A stretch of DNA of 64,000 nucleotides. Origin: Podarcis melisellensis. Its lineage: Eukaryota. The translations under genes were made by a program, and so were the position numbers. The stretch lies in the NCBI GenBank assembly GCA_964234715.1, contig OZ174283.1; one strand, 5' to 3'. Of this stretch, positions 25,601 to 64,000 are shown piece by piece. Every line of letters begins with the position of its first letter. Within the stretch, counting starts at the first letter, position 1. Under the pieces are notes generated by a model. That model worked only from the letters and a program-made list of their open reading frames with translations. It did no database searches and had not been told where the DNA came from.

Positions 25601-26654
25601 CGGCTCTGTGGTGGCTCCCAGTTTGTGGAAAGCCCTTCCCAGGTAGGATCTTCACCCTTTAGGTGCCTGGCGAAAACATTTCTCTGTAAGCAGGCCTTAG
25701 GCCGATTATAGTGACCTTTTAGAAGTGGGCGGTTTATCTTTCATGTTCTCTTTCTCCCCCCCCCCCCCGGTTTTAACCTATCTCTGTGGGGGGGGGGTTT
25801 GTTTGTCAGTCTCTTCGGGCTGCAACGGCTAAAATAAAGCGACAAACAGATTTAATAATTAAAGGGAAGTTCTCTTTCTGCACATAACTGTGGCATTATG
25901 GGGGAAGTATTGCTTCTTTTCTCTGGCATTCTGGGAAGTCTCGCTTATAATCTTTTCTCTGCTTCTGCACACACTGTACAAACCGGTTCCAAATACCAAG
26001 ACATTCCCTCCTTGCTCAGTTCATCTTAAATTCATGATGCCCTGTTCTCAATGCATAGCTGACCACATCTACGGAACTCGATTATTATATTCTTTCATAT
26101 TATGATCAATCATTAGTAATTGTTTTAGTCATGCTATATCAATCTTTAGTTATAATTTAATTAGGAGGTTTCATGCCTGTCTAGTTCCAGCTCCGTTTCC
26201 CAGCCTTTAATCTATTGGGGATTAATGTCTATACGTAATTCCCGCCTTGTACATATGTTAACCAACCAGCAACAAGTTGCTTTGTGTTTGTATCAACCAA
26301 TCAGCCACAAGCACACCTGTGGCAATGTTTGTAATAATCAATAAATAACGATGATGGTTATTTATTAATTATTCCTACAAATAATAAATAATCATCATCG
26401 TAGTCACGACAAGAGGAGCCCCGTTTCTCCGGCGGCAGCCAAGGGCTCACCTTCCTGTGGGCCTTGGAGCGCGTGACGCCCGGCAGCCCCACGTCGTGCC
26501 TCGTCTTCCTGCCCAGGATGTGGAACTTCTGCCGGTTGACCTTCACCTCGAAGGGGTTGCTCGACACCGAGGGGGCGGCGCCGGAGGGGAGGCCCTGAGC
26601 CCGCCTCGCCGCGGCGCCACCACCGGGCCCCTTCCGCTTGCCCGCTTTGCCCAT
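4585..26654 (-). CDS. NOP14: NOP14 nucleolar protein 14, complete gene span (18 coding exons, 857 aa)
   Basis: 18 GT-AG exons with consistent phases sum to 2574 nt. Recognisable motifs: NPFEVKVNRQKF, DKRFGE, LTHYG, HFGGG, PTSDF.HPV, FIPE, KREFKGAVREIRKD. Confidence 0.97.
5476..5631 (-). CDS. NOP14: NOP14 exon 17 (156 nt)
   Basis: LEFGRKQESNKKEQERKRLIHKHKREFKGAVREIRKDNQFLARMQLAETME. Confidence 0.96.
6064..6418 (-). mobile_element. Sauria SINE
   Basis: GGGACGCGGGTGGCGCTGTGG head, (ACCTTT) tail; 14-bp TSD TAGCATCTAGTGTA. Confidence 0.9.
6943..7058 (-). CDS. NOP14: NOP14 exon 16 (116 nt)
   Basis: ELFDSVLKQLESKGQRCPLVCEKKKPVPLKLFTPKIVK. Confidence 0.94.
7420..8165 (+). mobile_element. Old, degraded CR1-type LINE fragment
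   Basis: Decayed similarity to the CR1 RT C-terminal region (KFADDTKL...KCKV...) with many frame breaks. Confidence 0.55.
8424..8571 (-). CDS. NOP14: NOP14 exon 15 (148 nt)
   Basis: LSCLDLCLDLVKRCAVTYGSLPSFSEIMQPIQMLL...HHLQ. Confidence 0.93.
9707..9863 (-). CDS. NOP14: NOP14 exon 14 (157 nt)
   Basis: YTLVHPFASLGKHSDLLVV...GMNHL; AG/GT flanks. Confidence 0.93.
10065..10218 (-). CDS. NOP14: NOP14 exon 13 (154 nt)
   Basis: CTVTTVQDVVKGLFVCCLFLEYISLSRRFIPELVNFLLGVLYMAMPNKEVQ. Confidence 0.95.
10300..10481. mobile_element. Tigger-like MITE
   Basis: TA|CAGTGGTATCTC ... GAGGTATCACTG|TA. Confidence 0.75.
12374..12475 (-). CDS. NOP14: NOP14 exon 12 (102 nt)
   Basis: LIYLKIIAVLFPTSDFCHPVVTPSLVYMSQLLTK. 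Confidence 0.95.
13274..13409 (-). CDS. NOP14: NOP14 exon 11 (136 nt)
   Basis: PLYDLCQMFPKAASNHVKLVLQDATHDMEEILAVKGHAAFPGLDM. Confidence 0.94.
13680..13771. mobile_element. Small MITE, same family as 839-927 (inverted)
   Basis: CACAGCTGTCAAC ... GTTGACAGCTAT ends and shared internal sequence. Confidence 0.7.
13834..14092. mobile_element. Penelope-like element remnant forming a ~90-bp-arm inverted repeat with hammerhead motifs
   Basis: Arms ~13881-13973 and ~13993-14088 are near-perfect reverse complements; 13-bp TSD TAGGTATTTATAG; CTGAAGA-stem-GAAA motif. Confidence 0.75.
14980..15065 (-). CDS. NOP14: NOP14 exon 10 (86 nt)
   Basis: KLFEFLLEYVGELARQTPPELKTVDKLV. Confidence 0.93.
15192..15322 (-). 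CDS. NOP14: NOP14 exon 9 (131 nt)
   Basis: PESYEQLKAELLGRTTEEQLLVIERIRKSNHPSLAVGNKAKLE. Confidence 0.95.
16281..16563 (-). CDS. NOP14: NOP14 exon 8 (283 nt, acidic region)
   Basis: DGKLNIDDDKDEEE...EVPYLFA; AG/GT flanks, phases fit neighbouring exons. Confidence 0.92.
17183..17351. mobile_element. Tc1/mariner-type MITE (CCGTATTTTT ends)
   Basis: TA|CTGTATTTTTCG ... AAAAAATACGG|TA. Confidence 0.75.
17459..17587 (-). CDS. NOP14: NOP14 exon 7 (129 nt)
   Basis: TDRLRRMCGDEPEKEKKPKHISADDLADGFLLDKDDRRMLSYK. Confidence 0.95.
18635..18757 (-). CDS. NOP14: NOP14 exon 6 (123 nt)
   Basis: PDEYDMIVRELVFEMKAQPSARMKTEEELAKEEQKRLLQLE. Confidence 0.95.
20383..20517 (-). CDS. NOP14: NOP14 exon 5 (135 nt)
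   Basis: RERQTQRENTLELTEKLNSDWKEVQAFLFHKTPKSERQNEEEKPK. Confidence 0.93.
20750..20892 (-). CDS. NOP14: NOP14 exon 4 (143 nt)
   Basis: ELTAAHFGGGG...KSRKELIEEMIAKSKLEK; AG/GT flanks. Confidence 0.95.
21303..21524. mobile_element. Tigger-like MITE
   Basis: TA|CAGTTGTACCTTGG ... CCAAGGAACGACTG|TA. Confidence 0.75.
21712..21853 (-). CDS. NOP14: NOP14 exon 3 (142 nt)
   Basis: KNYEKKNIYNLNEDEDLTHYGHSLADIEK...ERGILS; AG/GT flanks. Confidence 0.95.
22089..22326. mobile_element. Tigger-like MITE
   Basis: TA|CAGTGGTACC ... GAGGTATGACTG|TA. Confidence 0.7.
23253..23478. mobile_element. Tigger-like MITE, same family as 1774-1961 (inverted)
   Basis: CAGTGGTACCTCGGGTT / GAGGTACCACTG|TA and shared internal sequence. 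Confidence 0.85.
23915..24049 (-). CDS. NOP14: NOP14 exon 2 (135 nt)
   Basis: RIQTLQKEYKEKEKSNVFKDKRFGEYDTKISPEEKMMKRFALEQQ; AG/GT flanks. Confidence 0.95.
24287..24638 (+). mobile_element. Sauria SINE
   Basis: tRNA-like head with GGTTCGAATCC B-box, CCTTTACCTTTACC tail; TSD TAGTTAGGAAA. Confidence 0.9.
26451..26654 (-). CDS. NOP14: NOP14 exon 1 CDS (204 nt, ends phase 0)
   Basis: GCCATGG start; MGKAGKRK...NPFEVKVNRQKFHILGRKTRHDVGLPGVTRSKAHRK; donor AAG|GTGAGC. Confidence 0.95.
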
Positions 26655-27130
26655 GGCGCTCCCGCAGTTCACTCCCGTCGACGGAGCTCACGACCCTCGG
26701 AAGCCGGCAGCTCACGTCGCGGGTCGCCCGTGAGCCTCCGCGCGGCAACTCTCGCTCTCTAGTTGTCGCGAGATCTCTCTCTTCCGGCGGAAACGGGCCG
26801 TAGAGTCGAAGCCGCTTACGGAAAGGAAGGGCGCATCCCAGAATGCCTCGCGCAGGGGTCTTTACGGCTTCATTCTCCGCCACTGCGTTTCGGGAGTCCG
26901 CTCGCCCCCTGCTGGCGGACGGAGTTAGGCCTGGCACTGTACCGCCTGCGGAATCCCCCGGCGGCGCTGGGAGGATCGGAACCGGCCTGCAAATGGACCA
27001 ATCGCAGCGGGGCTGTTGAGGGGGGGCCGCCCCGAGGGCGGGGCCAACTGCGTCGGCTGGCGTCACGTGCGTCCGCACCTGGGCTATAAATAAAGGGCCT
27101 GCGCAGCCCTCTCCGCTTAGTCTTGGCCGG
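26655..27130. promoter_or_regulatory. NOP14 CpG-island promoter with bidirectional-looking motifs
   Basis: CpG-rich; TCGCGAGA (~26766), CTTCCGG ETS, CCAAT (26998), GC box (~27036), GTCACGTG E-box (27062), plus-strand TATAAA (27085). Confidence 0.75.
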
Positions 27131-27278
27131 TTTCAATCACCACGAGGGGGTTGGAGCTAGCGACGCGTTTACGCAGAAGGCGAGAAAAGAGCAAAGAGAG
27201 GATTTCCAGCACGGTTTTTTTGCTTCCAATGTCTTTTTTTTTTAAAGCATACTAGTAAAAATACAGACAGTGCATTTG

Positions 27279-27492
27279 TTGGTTTTTTTTAAAAAATAAT
27301 ATTTATTAAAGTTTCAAAAAAGTTAAAGAAGAAAACAGAAAATACAAAATACAGAAAAATAAAAACAATTAAAAACAAGACAATCTTTCCGTGTCATATC
27401 TTTCATTTACTTGTTTCCCTGACCTCCTCACACCTCCCTTTTTTGTATTCTAGTTCAATTAGTTATTTCAGCAAATCCTTTCCATCTTTGCT
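27279..27492 (-). mobile_element. 5'-truncated retroposed 3' end (L1/Tx1-like 3'UTR)
   Basis: 15-bp TSD CAGACAGTGCATTTG (27264-27278, 27493-27507); AATAAA and A-rich tail on the minus strand. Confidence 0.7.
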
Positions 27493-28353
27493 CAGACAGT
27501 GCATTTGCAAGTTGCGAATGAGATGACTGTGACAGCCGCGCAAAACTGTTACTATTGCAGGTTAGCGGGTGGAACTGAAGCCGGTTAGATTTTCTAGCTT
27601 TAAAAAGTCTCCCGTGTAGAGTGAAGCCCTTGTGCTGGCACGTTGCTCTTTCAAATGTTTAAAAGCTTAGAAAATAAAACGAACATTTTCAGGTGAAATA
27701 AGGTTTGAGTTAGAGAGTATTTGTTCCTGCAGCAGGACATTGGAAAGCTCTTCAAAACCCCTTTCAGTTTGCCAAAAAGACTCCGGGACGTTGGATTATT
27801 CGTGAAACCAGCTTACTTTTTAAAACAGTTTCTCTAAAAAAATAAGTCAACATGCTTGCTGAAAAACTGATATTAGCTATACCTTTTTGGAACAATAAAT
27901 GTCAAAACAGAAGTTATTCCTGCATTTCAAGGTACTGCACTAGATCAGTGTTTCCCAACCTTTTTTGGGCAAAGGCACACTTGTTTGATGAAAAAAATAT
28001 CGAGGCACACCACCATTACAGCCCCGTGACGTCAGCACGCAGCGTCACGCCGGGAGGGACGCACGAAAGTGTAACTTTCAATTTTTTCCCCTCCCCCTTG
28101 CCGGGGAACCTCCAAGCTTTAGGGGTGGGGGGGGGAGGAGGCAGCAAAGCGAGGGACTGAGGGACTCCTCCAACGACAAGGGTTGGGGAAGAAGAGAAAG
28201 TTATAGTTGTTTTTTAAAAAGTGATAATTTCATTGTTCTGTTTTTTTGTAAACCGCTTTGAAGGGTTCCTTCTCGGCACGCCCCCCCCCCACCCGACAAT
28301 CAAGCAGCGTATCAATTCCATGAAGCACCAAATGCAGGCGCGTTTTAACTCAC

Positions 28354-28470
28354 GTCTCGGAAGTGGGCGAGGCTGCGCTCGACCAGGGCGCTGAGACACT
28401 CGTAGGCCGAGCCCGCCTGGAGGAAGAGCTGCGCCAGGCACATCGCCTCGCTGCGGAAGAGGGAGCCCAT
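28354..28470 (-). pseudogene. ATP6V0A2: Captured copy of ATP6V0A2 first coding exon (39 codons, intact donor); isolated gene fragment
   Basis: [39 protein letters not shown]|GTGAGT vs recalled human [39 protein letters not shown]. Same 117-nt boundary; Kozak GCCATGG; no other ATP6V0A2 exons seen in the window. Confidence 0.9.
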
Positions 28471-29174
28471 GGCGGAGGGCGCCCAGGCCGGGCCTGAGGA
28501 GGCGCAGCGGCGGGAGCGGCAGAGGCGGCGTCACCGCTCTCCTCGGCGCCGCCTCCGCTCCGCCGTCGCCGCTGCTGCCGTCCCGCTGCGGAGGCGGCTC
28601 CGGGGACTGGCGGGTCCCCCGCTGCCCGGTGCCATGGAGAGGAGGCAGGCGAGGGAGACGGAGACCCGAGTGGCCCCAAGTCCCGCGGCTTCCGGCTTCT
28701 CCTCACAAGTCCAGGCGCCGCCAAGAGAGAAGGGGCGGGGAAAGCCTAGAGCGGCCAACCGCACGCTCACCTCGGAAGCTCCGGTCAATAAGACAGCGCC
28801 ATTGGCCCGGGCGCTCTGCCCCTCGGCACCTCTATGGCTGGCCCGAATACCGAGCGAGAAGCGGTTTCGTCTCTGTGGTAGGGAGGAGCAAAGAAGGGCC
28901 CAGCCAGGCGGGCCGAACGAAAGCGAGCCCAGAGTTCCTGTGCTTCCCTGGTGGGGCCGGCCATTGCCTTTCCCTTGGGCAGGGCGAGGGAATTCCCAGG
29001 CTGCAGCCTCTCGCGCTGGTGCCTCAAAGGCCTTTGCCTTTCCCGTATCACATGTGGAAAAGGGGGCTGGATCCAGTGACGCAACTCGGAAAACTGTTAG
29101 GGAAGCCAGAGCAGGAAAGTGAGTGGGAGGCGGCGTCGCCGCTTTAACCCACGTTTCCTTTTTGAAAGAGAAAC
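28471..29174 (-). promoter_or_regulatory. Captured CpG-island 5'UTR/promoter upstream of the ATP6V0A2-like exon
   Basis: Very GC/CpG-rich; GC box GGGGCGGGG (~28732), ATTGG CCAAT box (28801), CCGGAAG ETS motif, CACATGTG E-box (~29049), TGACG (~29076). Confidence 0.7.
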
Positions 29175-30242
29175 CAGTGTTTCCCAACCTTTTTTGGACT
29201 CGCTCGCAGCACACCAGGCAACAGCTCGCGGCACATTAGTGTGCCGCGGAACACCGGTTGGGAAACACTGCACTAGATGACCCTTGGAGTTCCTTCCAAC
29301 TCCACAATTATATGATTCTGTGGCAAAATACAGTGTTGTTGTTTTTTTGGTGTGTGTGTGTATATATATAATATATATATTCTACATTGTAAATATGGTT
29401 CCCTATCTTTACAGTTTCATTCCTGGTAAATTCCAGTTAGTAAACAAATGTTTATTGTGTTGATGGTCTGTCTCGTCTAACACTTATACTATTTATTAGT
29501 TTATTTTGTTCGAAACCCTGATTCTGATCAATGTTGATTGTGATTAATTTTAATTGTATAAATAGTTCTTTTTTATTATGTTACTTTATGTCCCTCAATT
29601 GCGGGAATTATTTATATGGGGATCCAGAGAGAGAGCCATTTCACTGAGCCCGCGAGAGAGGAGCGCCCTTCGCCGGGCGAGCTGGAAGTGCCTTCGAAGC
29701 AACAGCGCCGCGCTCGCGAGAATGCTGGACAGAGAGCGGGGCGGGGTCTCAGCGCTGCCCAGTTAGAAGTGGGAGGGCCTTCGGTCCCGCTCTCTTTTGC
29801 GATTGGCCCTCGCCGATTTCCTCCCCGCAGACTGGCGACACGCCTCCTTGGAGCTTGAGCAGGAAGTGGGCGCGGCGATCCCACCCCTGCTCCGATTGGT
29901 GGCTCCGGCTGTCCATCCAGGGAGGCGGGGCGGTGGGCTCGCCTGGGGAACCGGAAGCTGTCAGCGCTTGTGCCGGGTTCGCCGAGCGAGGAGGTTCCGC
30001 GCCGCCGCCGGGGATGATGGGAGGCTCTCAAGATGGCGCCGGCGCGTCGGTGGCGGAGTGAGCGCGCCGTCTCCCGCCTCTAGCCCGCTCTGGCGCTGTG
30101 AGCGGCTGGCCGCGACGGCTCTTGCGGGGCCGAGTCCCCCGAGGGCGGGCGAGGGAGTTTGGCCGGCCGGCCGGCCAGCAGCCGGACTCGGAGTTGGCTC
30201 TTCCCTCCGCGCGCGCGCGCCTCTGTGAGGGCGAAGGGGGGC

Positions 30243-64000
<33,758 letters not shown>

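Larger units (their letters stand above)
27946..29270. mobile_element. Non-autonomous hAT (Charlie-like) element carrying captured host DNA (Pack-type)
   Basis: TIRs CAGTGTTTCCCAACC (27946-27960) and GGTTGGGAAACACTG (29256-29270); identical 8-bp TSD CACTAGAT (27938-27945, 29271-29278); extra internal left end at 29175. Confidence 0.93.

Noticed and set aside
25130-25711. 193-aa plus-strand ORF in NOP14 intron 1
   Set aside because: No recognisable protein; runs through what look like decayed L2-type LINE remnants.
26404-27136. ORFs of 224, 108 and 101 aa around NOP14 exon 1
   Set aside because: Alternative-frame or antisense ORFs in a CpG island.
28180-28195. GGTTGGGGAAG as an internal right TIR of the Pack-hAT
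   Set aside because: Lacks the terminal ACACTG; the similarity is too short to call.
28469-29214. Long overlapping ORFs (217, 227, 172 aa) in the captured island as novel proteins
   Set aside because: Expected from stop-poor GC-rich DNA, with no recognisable domain. The real coding signal is the 39-codon minus-strand exon at 28354-28470.

Overview
Vertebrate genomic DNA from a squamate, probably a lacertid lizard (inferred from Sauria SINEs, CR1, BovB and Penelope remnants). It holds two head-to-head genes whose exons I rebuilt by hand. NOP14 is complete on the minus strand (18 coding exons, 26654->4585, 2574 nt, 857 aa + stop). HTT (huntingtin) is on the plus strand, with coding exons 1-16 and the start of exon 17 (30243->window end). 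GRK4, which separates these genes in human, is absent from the 3.6-kb gap. The main discovery lies in that gap: a 1325-bp hAT-type DNA element (27946-29270; perfect 15-bp TIRs, 8-bp TSD CACTAGAT) that has captured the CpG-island promoter, the whole first coding exon and the splice donor of ATP6V0A2 (V-ATPase subunit a2). The ORF track misses this exon. It lies on the NOP14 strand and is phase-compatible with NOP14 exon 2. A second cargo-carrying hAT composite with the same layout (outer end + cargo + complete mini-element; TSD CTCCCAGG) spans 28-1207, suggesting a recurring 'Pack-hAT' capture process in this genome. Other points: an Ala-rich tract after the 4Q of HTT, an HTT uORF, and a Penelope hairpin carrying hammerhead motifs. 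Homologies are from recalled sequences, not database searches.
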